This document shows, in pieces, positions 10,854 to 22,800 of a stretch of 64,000 bases of DNA (position 1 is the first letter of the stretch; each line of letters opens with the position of its first letter). A program made the position numbers and the translations under genes. Origin of the DNA: a bacterium (GTDB lineage Bacteria > Patescibacteriota > Patescibacteriia > JBAXGH01); contig JBAXGH010000002.1 of NCBI GenBank assembly GCA_037139515.1, positions 17,727-81,726 on the forward strand. Direction: 5' to 3'. The notes under the pieces were generated by a model. That model worked only from the letters and a program-made list of their open reading frames with translations, was not told the DNA's origin and did no database searches.

Positions 10854-11648
10854 TTATTTCTTTGTGCTAATCAAGACATCTAAATACTCACCGTCTAATC
10901 CGCGACTTTGATCTTTGACGCTTCTAATGACTGTAAACATCCCCGTGGCTTCAAAGATGATTACCGGCAAATCAGCTCCGTAATGATATGTTACAAGCGA
11001 ACCTTTCGAATCAATCGGATTGCCATGATACGAAGGCTCGCTAAGATGAACAATCTTGCCATTTTCCATCTTAGCTCGCTGAATAGATTTGAGCCACCCC
11101 TTTTCCATTGGTGCGGTAAAAATATGCATGCCGCCAGGCTTCAAGACGCGATGTATTTCTTTGAAAGCTTTGCGAATGTCAAAAATATGCTCGAAAACGT
11201 CTTGAGTTATTATCAAATCAAAAGTCTCATCGCCGAATGTCAGATTCTCTAAGTCTTCCGAACGATATCCATCTTTATATTCACCAAATTTTACATCATC
11301 ATAAAACTGCGAGCGAACATAGCCCGGGCAGCCCATCAAAACCGATTCAGTAGCGCCCCAGGCCGAAGGCTCGAGAATCTTCTTTTCCTTCCAATCAGGC
11401 ATCATTTCGCGAATCGTCGCCATCACCAGCCTTTGTCGCGGAATACTGCGACACTTATTGCAAAAATACTGGTCCCGAAGCCAGGGACCTTCTTCAACAA
11501 AATTCACTTCAACTTCACAAATCGGACAATAACTGCGTCGCAAACCAAAACTCCTTAGAACATTTTTAACCGCTAAACGTCGCGACGAACCGAGCGGCAA
11601 CGCGAAGTCAACAAGTTTACGGATCTTCGCTCTCGCTTTTGCTAACAT
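10854..11648 (-). CDS. Class I SAM methyltransferase with an N-terminal Cys4 zinc ribbon
   Basis: CPICEVEVNF...CNKCRS zinc ribbon. Downstream DLIITQDVFEHIFDIRKAFKEIHRVLKPGGMHIFTAP motif (Methyltransf_11). Confidence 0.7.
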   Translation of the reverse strand: MLAKARAKIRKLVDFALPLGSSRRLAVKNVLRSFGLRRSYCPICEVEVNFVEEGPWLRDQYFCNKCRSIPRQRLVMATIREMMPDWKEKKILEPSAWGATESVLMGCPGYVRSQFYDDVKFGEYKDGYRSEDLENLTFGDETFDLIITQDVFEHIFDIRKAFKEIHRVLKPGGMHIFTAPMEKGWLKSIQRAKMENGKIVHLSEPSYHGNPIDSKGSLVTYHYGADLPVIIFEATGMFTVIRSVKDQSRGLDGEYLDVLISTKK

Positions 11649-11725
11649 AATAATTATTTTCGCAGCTAATCATCCCATGCGGAGGACATATCTTCAATAG
11701 TTATTATCCACCCCTGCCAAGCATT

Positions 11726-13759
11726 TCATAACCCCGCGTTTGGAAATATATTTTTGAGTACATTCAAATACTCTTCAAAATACTGGCTTATTCGCACGCC
11801 ACCACGAACTTCGACCAGCTTGCGCCCAAACGCAATATCATAATATATCTGATATCCGGCAGATTCTGCATTTCGCAAATCAGATTCGGCTAAATCAAAT
11901 CTTCTGACTGCTAAATCCATAATCCCCCGCCTGAAATATATCAAACCAAGCGAGTTTTTGTCCGCGGTCATGAGTGCTCGGTTAAATTCCGCCGAGGCTT
12001 CTTCGTATCGCTTTTCTGCAGTTAGACTTTCCGCGAGTTCAAGCCTTAATTCCGGGCGTTTTAATGCTAATAAAATCCCTCGCGCCGCAATAGTTTCTGA
12101 TTTAGCGAGTCTTTCCGGCTCATAACCAGAAGCCATGCGATTCGCATAAGCCGCAAATAGTTGATATCGATAGTTCCCCGGATGCTCTTCCGCCGCTTTT
12201 TCTATCTCGCGAGTCGCGAAAAGTATCAATTCCCGACGCTCCGCTGGCACCCCAAGGCTTCTATCAAATACATATGCGATAACTTCGCTCATATTCACTC
12301 GGAGCGCCGTATTCGCAAAAGAATCGGTTCGCAAAGAGTTTTTAAATAATCTCGTCGACTCTTTCGGATCAATTAAAAGCAACGAATATGCTTTTCGATG
12401 CTCATATGTCTGCATCATCGGCAGAATATTAATAAAATATATCGCAGAAACCAGCGCAATTATAATAATACACAGAATTGGATAAGAAAAACTACGATTA
12501 TTTAAACCCTCGCGATTCTGAACATCGTCGCCTGCTTGAACCGCTAAAAAAGCCAAAACAGCATAAAAAATCATGGCGCCCGAAGCGATTTCAAATAGAA
12601 ATAACCCTTGAATCAAATATGCTAAAAATATACATAAAATCACCAAAGCGGTTTTCTTTTTTTCAAGAATTTGCGTTTTGTATATTTTCACCAAACTGGT
12701 GATGATCACAAAAAGCAGCGCAAGATAAGCGAGCAAGGAAAACGCGCCGCCGGCGACTAATATATCAAGAAAAATATTATGCGAATCGGTGTACCAAAAA
12801 TCATTGACGGACTTTTCTCCCGGCGCACAAAGCCTGTTAAAAACCGCATCAAAGTTGCCGATTCCATAACCGCTAATCGGTTTTGATTTAATGCCATCAA
12901 GAGCGATTTTCCAAACCGTAATTCGATCCTCGGCAAAGCCACTACCGGCAATTCTTGAAAACAACAAAGTTTTTGATGCCAAAGCAATAAATGCCAGCGA
13001 AATAATCGCAATCGCAAAACAGCAAATTGCCATCTTCTTTCGGCCAAACCCGCTGATTATCGGATACGCAATCACAAGAACTAGCGCCGAGATAATCAAA
13101 GCGACCAGCGGACCGCGACTGCCGGTCAAAATCAGAGCTGCTAGATTTGCGATAACCGTCAAAGCGCACAGAATTCGTAATCGCAAATCGGTCTCTTTCA
13201 CATAAACCAGAATCACGATAAAGATGTGCAATAGCGCATATAATCCAAGATAGGTCGGGTTTGTAAGTGTTGAAAAAATGCGCCCGTCGATCGTTAAAGA
13301 ATAGGCCGCTTGAAAATAGCCATAGGACGCCGCGCCAATTGAAACCACGCCTGACGTTATGAATAACCAGCGCCAAGAAACCCAGGTTTTGAAAACCGAA
13401 AATAGCACCATGAACCAAAGCCAATAGTGGACCAAATTTACGAGCCCCATCATCCGCGTCGGAAGCGACCAGAGTGATTGCTTAACATCAACGCTGAATA
13501 TCTGGGCGAGAGTTAGCGCTCCGGCAAAAATCACGAGCGCCACGAAGATTTTGTTTTTGAAATCAGGTCGATAATTCTTATCGAAAATCATGAGCAAAAG
13601 CCACGCCGCCACCATAATTTCAACCAAAATCTGAAAAAGCGAACTTTGCACGAAAATATTTGAATAAAAAGTATTGCCGGTGTTGATAATCGGCACTAAA
13701 AAAGCCAGCACGGCACAAACCCTGATCACCCAAAGCAAAATCTTACTTGAAGTTTCCAT
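11726..13759 (-). CDS. O-antigen ligase/polymerase-like (Wzy_C) polytopic membrane protein with a C-terminal TPR domain; candidate O-oligosaccharyltransferase
   Basis: At least 10 predicted TM helices. Central LTGSRGPLVALIISALVL Wzy_C-type motif. C-terminal ~220 aa are helical TPR-like (YEEASAEFNRAL..., FRRGIMDLAVRRFDLAESDL). Confidence 0.7.
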   Translation of the reverse strand: METSSKILLWVIRVCAVLAFLVPIINTGNTFYSNIFVQSSLFQILVEIMVAAWLLLMIFDKNYRPDFKNKIFVALVIFAGALTLAQIFSVDVKQSLWSLPTRMMGLVNLVHYWLWFMVLFSVFKTWVSWRWLFITSGVVSIGAASYGYFQAAYSLTIDGRIFSTLTNPTYLGLYALLHIFIVILVYVKETDLRLRILCALTVIANLAALILTGSRGPLVALIISALVLVIAYPIISGFGRKKMAICCFAIAIISLAFIALASKTLLFSRIAGSGFAEDRITVWKIALDGIKSKPISGYGIGNFDAVFNRLCAPGEKSVNDFWYTDSHNIFLDILVAGGAFSLLAYLALLFVIITSLVKIYKTQILEKKKTALVILCIFLAYLIQGLFLFEIASGAMIFYAVLAFLAVQAGDDVQNREGLNNRSFSYPILCIIIIALVSAIYFINILPMMQTYEHRKAYSLLLIDPKESTRLFKNSLRTDSFANTALRVNMSEVIAYVFDRSLGVPAERRELILFATREIEKAAEEHPGNYRYQLFAAYANRMASGYEPERLAKSETIAARGILLALKRPELRLELAESLTAEKRYEEASAEFNRALMTADKNSLGLIYFRRGIMDLAVRRFDLAESDLRNAESAGYQIYYDIAFGRKLVEVRGGVRISQYFEEYLNVLKNIFPNAGL

Positions 13760-13784
13760 AGCTCATCCCCAACTATAACTCAAA

Positions 13785-13819
13785 AGAAAAACAAAAACAC
13801 GGATTATGATTCCGTGTTT
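13785..13819 (-). terminator. Rho-independent terminator after the giant gene
   Basis: Hairpin CACGGA-ttatgat-TCCGTG flanked by A and T runs, directly 3' of the stop codon at 13820. Confidence 0.55.
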
Positions 13820-16800
13820 TTATGGTGTTGGCGTAGATTCTGCTGGTTCTGGAGCTGAACTTGGATCAGCGGGCGGAGCAGGTACTTCTTCCAACGTCGG
13901 AGCTGGCTCAAGAGGAGCTGGTTCAATCACAGGAGTAATAACCGGCTCAACCGCAGGCGCCGCCGGGGCCACTACAGGTTCGATAACCGGCTCGACGACC
14001 ACCGGAGTCGGCTCAACAACCGGAGGAGGCACAACTACTGCCGGATCGCTCACGATTACCTCTGCCGGTGCCGTAGGCGTGGTGGTTTCCGCTGGCACCG
14101 TAGAAACCGTAGACTCAGCCGGTGCTGTCAAAGTTGTCGTATTATTCTGAACCGGTTCCGAGGCGATAACCGGTGCCGGGTCCGCGACAATCGGCCGCTC
14201 ATCAACTAAGTCAACTATCCAATAACTCAGTTTAACCCCGGTCAATGTCGGCGAAGCGAGCTTTACCGAGAAAGACCCCTCATGCTTATCCTGAACCCAC
14301 GAAACCGAGCCTGGATTCCCCTGCCACGAAAGGAAAATCTCGCTATTTTCATGCGCCGAAGGGTTTGTGATCACAACCGTATCCACGCCAATCGGGAAAA
14401 TAACCGAGTCCAGCGTAGCTGCTTCCTGCGTCTTCGTAATGATGAGTCCACCGGTTTTCGTTGTCTTTACAGCCAGAGCTCCGGCTTCATCAATCGACCA
14501 GTTCTGACCGCGAATCGCCTTGATATTCGTAATCGAGAAGCCGCGGAAATCGATATCTTGATAAATTTGAAGGCCCTGATTCTGTGGCGCCGCAACTTCG
14601 GTCGCGATATTGATCGGCACCGCGTTTTCAGTTTTCACATAAACGATTACCAAGCCTTCAACAGAAGTCGCCGAAAGCGCATAACCGATGGTTTTTGTGG
14701 CTGAAGAAGTCGCTTTAGTGGCAAAGCCCGGGCGCGTCGGAGAAACCGTAAGCGCATCGCCAATCGCAATCGGACCGTTTTCAACCGTCACCTTGGTTGG
14801 TACGCGACCGGCAAGCGCTACCGGAACCTTCTTTTCAGTCTTATCCCACTCACCCGCAAGGAAACCTGGGCGAGTTGAAATGATACCCAAAAGTAGGTTT
14901 TGTTCGCTGGAAGTCGCTCGTTTTACGTGTTCGTTATAGAGCGGATCGATAGCGACGACTTCACCGGCACCCAAAGTTTCATCTTTCGTCGGGAAAAGCT
15001 CAGCAAAATCATATGAACCTGTCGCCCACCCGGCGGCATTCGTGCGCATATAGTCACTCGGCGAAGCATCTGAATCGTAGTATATGTACTTCGAATTCTG
15101 CGTCGAACCCTTATCTGATAAGTATAACTTTCCGGCGATTGAAACATCACCAGACTGGTTCACCGAGAAGACTTCCGCGCCGGCAGTATTCGCGATTGCG
15201 AGTTTCGAAGTCGAAGCGTTGGTTGTAACATTCGAAATCTTGAAAGACGTAGCGAGCGCCGCCGAACCGTCCCAACCGGAACCGGCAAAGTTGATATATT
15301 CAGAGTCATACCCCGGAACCAAAGCCGTAGCTGTATTTTTTGCCCGAGTCGTAACCGAATCGCCAAGATAAGTCAGAACTCCGTCGGACGTAAGCGTCGC
15401 GCCGATAAAGTATTCAGCCTTCGCAAAAACCATTATCGTACCAGCACCAGGACCGGCAAAAGCGCTTAGGGCGCGGCCGATAATCATGCCTGGCTTTGTT
15501 GATTTCATACCAACGCCAGCCGCTGAAGAAGATGTAATCGCATCGCCCACCGCAATCGGACCATTTTCATCGTTAACCTTAACGATAACGCGTCCGACAA
15601 GAGCGATCGGCATCGGGTTATCAGCCGTATCAATATTGTAACCAATCGAGTTAAAATCACCGGCTTTGGTTGGATCAGAAACTATACCGAAAAGCTTTGA
15701 CTCGTAAGTCGAAGAGCTTTTTACGAGCTGTTTGATGGTGTCGCCGTCAATCGTCGTAACATCATCTGCACCAATCGAAACGATATCGCCGCTCGCAATG
15801 CCAGCCGCGACCGGATATTGCTCGGCATAATCGGCAGCCGGAGTGCTGCTACAGTCACGAAGCTCATAAACTGAGGTCGCTGTCGGCGAAGTGGTGTTGC
15901 CGAGCGACGAACAGACCGCCGTAGTACTTGCGGTGCTTCCGAGCGCCACCGAAACCGTTCCAGCATTGCCGTTGATATTCAAACGCGTCGTACCGCCGGT
16001 ACCGCTAGTTTTAAATGTGATATCGCCAATTGCGCCATCTGATCCACCAAAACCTCCACCGGTACCTTTCACACCACCGGCAATAGTAACCGTTCCACCG
16101 TTTCCACCGTTCCCACCCGTACCACCAGTTATGCCGGTTGCATTGCCACCATTTCCACCGACAATCTGAATCATGCTTCCGGCACCGCCGTTAGCTCCGT
16201 TATTGCTGGTCGTCGTAGCACCACCAGCACCACCAGAAGCACCATTAATTTGGATTACGCTACCATTGCCACCCGCGCCCGGAGTCCCTCCGCCTCCTGG
16301 CTGAGTCATATCACCGCCCTTGCCACCAGCGGCTGCAGTAATCACGAAGGCGGATCCGTTTCCACCAGCATAACCAGGTATCAAGGTCGCCCCCGAATTC
16401 GCGCCGTCACCTCCGGCTCCAAGTGTAACCGTGAAAGCACCGCCATTTGTTCCGACGGAACCAGACCCAGCATAACCATTACCAGCCTTCAAAGTTACGG
16501 CATCGCCGTTATATGAAGATGATGTGCTGTTACCACCCTTAATCGTCAAAAGTCCATTACCGCCATTAATGTTGCCGATCGTATGGTTCGACATCTGAAG
16601 AAGATTCAAATCATCCAAAATCGTCGCGGTTACCGTAAGTTCATCAGCCGTAGCGTTACCTATAACCGTATTCCCGTTTGCATTCAAGCTGCCGGCAACA
16701 ACCGTGTTGCCCGCCGATGTAACGGTGAAGTTTGATGTCGCCCCGGTACCGACCGAGAAAAGCTGGGAAGGTGCGGTGGTGCCAATGCCAACATTGCCGC

Positions 16801-19800
16801 TCGGTAATATCGTCATTTTTATATCCGAATCAACATAATTGCCAGCACCAGAACTATTGACCGAGAAGTTCAAATCCCCGGTTCCTAACTGATCAAGGGT
16901 AATAGCGGCATTTCGAGTACCTATTTCGAGCCCAAAACCCGGAATAGCACCCGCAGGCGTGCCGACATTCAATACGCCCATTCCTAATTTCTTGTATTTT
17001 GTAGACGAAAGAACGTACTCAGCGACTGTCCCGTGAACCATGCCTGAACCATTCACAGCAAGTCTGCTTCCAACCACGGGAGACGAAGAGGATCCGACGC
17101 TGACGGTGCCATCATCGCGAACAAAGAAAAGCGAAGTATCAGCTGAGTCGGTCACATTAAGAGCAGATGTAGCGCTCGTAGTACTGGAACTCTTTACAAC
17201 AAGCTTTGATCCCGGTGAAGCAACGCCTCCGATAGAAACACGGCCGGTGCCGTCTGTGATCAAAAGCTGATTGACGCCGGAGTTAAAGAAGGAAAAATCA
17301 GCATTACTGCCGTTACGACCAGTGCCCACCAACCACTCATCTGAACCAGCGGTCGCGAATCTTATAGCAGCATCGTCGCTCACAGCACCGCGATCAAGTC
17401 GCATCGAAACAAAGTCCGGGGAATCAATAATGACGGCTGGGTCACCAGTCAAAGCTCCAGGAACAACCACGAGCTTAGCGCTCGGACTCGAAGTGCCGAT
17501 GCCGACATTGCCAGATTCAACCACCAAAGCCGCCGAATTCGTAATTGTCGCGTTTGTGCCGGCAACCGGAGCTCCGCTAATCGAAAGCGTGGCGGCATTT
17601 GTGATTGTTGAAGCGCCCACGAAGGCGTAAGTCGGAGCCTGAATCCGCATGGCACGCTGATTTGTGATTGCACCAGTTGCAAATTGAACTGTTCGTGCCA
17701 GGTTAAAATTGATATCAGTAGCTTCGGCGCTTGCAGTCAGGGCCGTATCAGCCGCACCCGTGACCGTAAGAATGCTCGGCGACAAACCGGTTCTGGCCGG
17801 AGGCGCCACAATCAAAGCACCGTCTGTTTTCAACGTCGAAACAGCAGAACGATAAAGATTCGTATCGGCAGATGCACCGAAAAATATACCTCCTTCGGCG
17901 CTCGTGATGTCATCACGAGATGAGACCCAAACAGTCTTAGCTCCAGTACCCTGCGCGGACTCAATAGCTATCCCCACGTTGGAAGACTGACCAATAGTCT
18001 GTTGTCTAATATAGACACCCGTCGCATTCGAAATATACCCCCCGCCCGATGCCGTCATTTCACCAGCCTCGACACCGATCATATCGCTAGGTCCAGCACC
18101 ACCTATAACATATGGCGTCGCCCGCACACCGACAACCGACCCACCAGAGCCGCTTGTTCGATATGGTCTAGCATCCATACCAATCATCGACATAACCGGC
18201 TGACCAACACCACCGCCGCCGGAGGATATATTAGAATCAATACCGCTAAAAGTATTTCCGTTGGCGCTCGAGTAAGACAGCGATGAATTCAACATCAAAG
18301 AAGCATAATCCCCATTTCCGAAACTCACATCAGAGGAAATGCTCATGATATTCTTAGAAGCAGACACCGGCTCACTTGTTCCAACCCTCAACGTCCCGTC
18401 ACCATGCACCACGAGATGAGCCGTAGCATCAACATCAGCAATATTCATGATCGGCCGTCTAACCGTGAACATGGCACCTGGGAAAAGTGGTGTATATGGC
18501 CCTTCGAAATATCCACCCACAACTGCTAAGGTATCTGTAACCACCCGCACGACGGTTTCGCTAGGCGCTAAAAAGCTTACAATAGTCATGACGTCACCAG
18601 GCCTAATCTCAGTCAAGAAAGCAGTTCCGCTTCCAGTAACCACATTATACGGATGTCGAACATTAATAGTTTGTGTCGACCCATCTCCAAGAGCGATGTC
18701 CGTCGCAAGCATCGTGTCTCCATAGATAGCTGTCACAACCGCATAGGTCGCAGGTGCCGAAGAGAACGAAATCTCATCTCCGACAACCAAAGAAGTAGAG
18801 AACGTCGTACTGGATCCAAAAATAAAGGTAGTCGCATTCGCATCTGTTGTGCCTCCAATATCAGATATAGACGCCCCTGTTTCAATCGTCCCGTTTCCGC
18901 CGGTTGCGACCGATCCCTTAACCGCCAAATTGGCAGTTGGAGTGGTGGTTCCAATACCGACATTTCCAGCCGCAGAATCCGCGATAAGCGCATAAGATGT
19001 ACCCGAAGTCACTGTCCCGCCGGTGATTTTGATACCGGTGGAAGTAAGTACTCCACCAGCTTGTGTGATATCCGGCATGGTCAAATCAAGCCCAGTCCAT
19101 GTTGGAGTACCCGATACACTCGCTACCGCCCCTGGAGACTCAATCGAGATTCCCTTGATTGCTTCTGTGCCAGTAGCCGTTGTTGCCCCTGGAAGTGTCA
19201 AAACCATTCCAGAAACACTTTGAGTGACGTTCGTGACACCGGTTTTTAAATCAAGCGCCGAACCAACCAGAGATCCGCTCAGAGTTGTCGCAGTGCCATA
19301 AGCGATATTCTGAATTGTGCCGGAGGTATTTTTGGAATTTAGATAAAGCAAGTTCGCCGAAGAAACGTTCGTACCGGTAAGGGTAAGCGCCACAGCATCA
19401 GACGAAGGCGTGGTTGAAATTAAGCCGGCCGAAGTCACCTGAAAAAGATCGCCGTCGCCCACCGTGAGCATCGCTGCCGGAGTAGTATCTCCAATACCGA
19501 CATTGGTCGATACGACTGCGCCATTAAAGCCATTAACGCTGCCAAGTACCATGCAGTTACCGCATCCAACTTGGGCTTGGTACCCAATTGCCGAAGCATT
19601 CATGAGGCCAGAAGAAGCCACATCAGCCCCGACACCTACAAAAGTATTGCGAGAACCAGTTGTGTTAGTAAGACCGGTGCTATAACCCACGCCGGTATTA
19701 TTGTCGCCAGTTGTATTGACAAGAGAATACGAACCTAACCCAGAATTAAACTCCCCGCTAGTGTTAGATTGCAATGCGTAACTTCCAATACCTGTGTTTC

Positions 19801-22800
19801 CACCACCGGCGTCATTAACGAGTAATGCGTTATAGCCAAATGCCGCATTATCTATTCCTACATCAAGGGCGTTCAAAGCATAGGCTCCGGTCGCCGTGTT
19901 TCTGTCTCCAGATGTAAGCGCGAGCATAGCATTGCCGCCAAGTGAAGCATTATTTGAACCAGATGTCAGTAAGGCGAAGGCTGAATTTCCGACCGCAATA
20001 TTATCGGTACCCGAAGCTGTAAAGTTGCCTGCTCCCGACCCGAGGAAGATGTTAGCACCATAGTCATGCAGGAATCGCGAGCCGCCAACAGTCACCACGC
20101 CAACGCTACTCGAAGTGGTCGTTGCCAAAGCTAAATTACCATCAAGACGAGCATCACCATCAACTTCTAAGCCGCCACCAATAGCTAACAAATTAGTTGC
20201 GCGTGTTGAACCAATCGTCGGACTGCCGATTCTAACTACCCCGTTTACCCCGGTTCCGCTTCCATTACCGCCAAGCAAAACAATGTCGCCACCATTAGAA
20301 GTCGCCGAGATGCCAAGGCCACCGGTAACCTCCACATTGCCAGCATTACCCGAATCACTACCCGAAGTTCCACCGTTCAAGACCAGATTGCCTCCGGCGC
20401 TATTTCCGTTCCCATTTCCAGGCCTAACGGTCAGTTGATTTCCAGCAACATCCGGATTGGCGGTAGTGATCCCTATTGTACGATCGGCACCATTTCTAAA
20501 ATACATGTCCGAACCGTATATCAAACTGCTTGCGTTAATCGTTACCTGATCAAGAGCTGAACCGATGTTGATAAAATCAGTGGCAGCATTGTTAGTACCG
20601 ATATTTATCGTGTTTCCAGCATTTCCATTGCCGATTCCAATCGTCTTAACGGCAGAGCCCGAGCCAATATTAATAGCCTCAGCGCTCCCATCATTACCAA
20701 TTTCTATATTTCCCGTGGTAGCACTATTCAACGTTAAAGTAGTATTTGTGCCGCCAGAAGAAAGTGTGACAGCCCCGGTACCAGAATACGACTGCGAGGC
20801 GCCAACAGAGACGCCCACCGTACCAGAAAGTAGCCCAGCTGAAGTGATGGTCCCTGAACCGGTTGAGGAGATATTCCCAGTTGTAGTAATCGCGCCAGCG
20901 GAAGTGAGCGAACCGGAAACGATATCGATAGCAGAACCGATACCAGCATTACTAATCTGCAGCGCATGAGCTGAAGATTCGTTGTTGCTCAATGCTATCT
21001 GAACCAATGTTCCGGTAGACAGATTTGCATGCGAGCTATCTTCCTGCACCGATAATACTGGCTCCGAACGTGCACCCCCTAAAACCGTCGCGAGTATTTC
21101 GAGTGTTTTATCATGAGCTCCATCAAAAGAATCTGATACATCCGAACGCAGGAATGACGCCGAATCAAGATCGTCAAAGGTATCGACGTTCAAGTTTGAA
21201 ACTTTGGTTGTGGATGCAACTACAAACGGAGCTGAACCGGTTGCGAGAGTCGATGTTAGTTGACCCGACATGCCGAGCGTCGTGATGCCGGAAAGGGCAC
21301 CGCCGGAAGAAACGTCCAATCCAGACGAATCAAGCTGGAAAGAGTCATCGTTTGCATTTCCGATTCGAATAACCTTAGTACCAATGTTCGCGCCGATATC
21401 AATAGCCTGTGCTCCAGTACCTCCGAGCGTAATCGAACCAGACGATGTTCCGGTCGCGATATTCACACCGAAGTCCGAGCTTGCGTTCAAATTAACCGTG
21501 GCACCGGTCACGTTGAGACCGAGATTTCCGGTGAGCAGTCCGGCTGATGTAATCGTACCAGAACCGGTTGAAGAAATATTGTTCGAAGTCGTAATCACGC
21601 CAGCGGAAGTGAGCGAACCAGAGATAATATTAAGAGCTGAACCGGAACCAGATTGAGTGATCTGAAGAGCGTGAGCGGATGAAGCCGTATCAAGCTGAAT
21701 AATCTCGGCTAAGACTCCGGTATTATTATTCGCTGCGTCATTAGCTTGCGAAACCGAAAGTACAGCGGCGGTTCGATTCCCTGCCGTGAGCGTTGAAAGC
21801 AGTGACAAAGTTTTGCTGTTAAGCCCATCAAAAGAATCCGAAGCATCAGAACGCAGGAATGACGCCGAATCAAGATCGTCAAATGTATCGACGTTCAGAT
21901 TTGAAACTTTGGTCGTTGACGCAACCACGAATGGCGCTGAACCGGTTGCGAGAGTCGAAGTGAGTTGACCCGACATGCCGAGTGTTGTGATGCCAGAGAG
22001 GGCGCCAGCGGAGGTAACATCCAGGCCTGATGAGTTGATAGCAAAGAAATCATCATTTGCATTGCCGATAGTGATGATTTTCGATGCCACGCCGGTACCA
22101 ATATCAATCGTCTGACCCATTGATCCACCGAGTGTAATCGTACCAGTCGATGTTCCGCCGGCAAGACTGACTCCGAAGTCAGAGCTGTCGTTTAAGCTCA
22201 CTGCGGCACCAGTCACAGTGAGACCGAGGTTTCCGGTTAAAAGCTGCGAAGACGTAAGCGCTCCATTCACCGTAGTCGTAATGCCGGAACGCGAAACCGA
22301 AACCGAAGTTGCGGCCACAGTTCCAAGGTTAAGCGCGCCAACCGAGTCGAGCGCCATAGTTCCGGAAGTCAAAGTCTGAATCGTAAGATTACCGCCGGCA
22401 TTGTTCCAAGAAGAAATTCCATTGGAAGCAATCGCCAAAGTCGATGAATTGATAGCCGTCGGATCGTTAACTCCGTTACCAATCGTGATAGTTTTAGCCG
22501 CAACTCCGGTCCCAATATCAATCGCCTGAGTGCCGGTACCGCCAAGCGTGATTGTGCCGGTTGAAGTTCCGGTCGCGATGTTCACACCAAAATCCGAGCT
22601 CGCATTCAAACTGACCACGGCGCCGGTCACGGTTAGGCCGAGGTTTCCGGAGAGCAGCCCAGCTGATGTAATCGTGCCAGCGCCGGTTGTCGAGATATTA
22701 TTAGTTGTGGTGATAGCACCGGCGGAAGTGAGCGAACCCGAGATAATATCAAGCGCTGAGCCAGATCCAGCTTGTGTGATTTGAAGAGCGTGAGCTGACG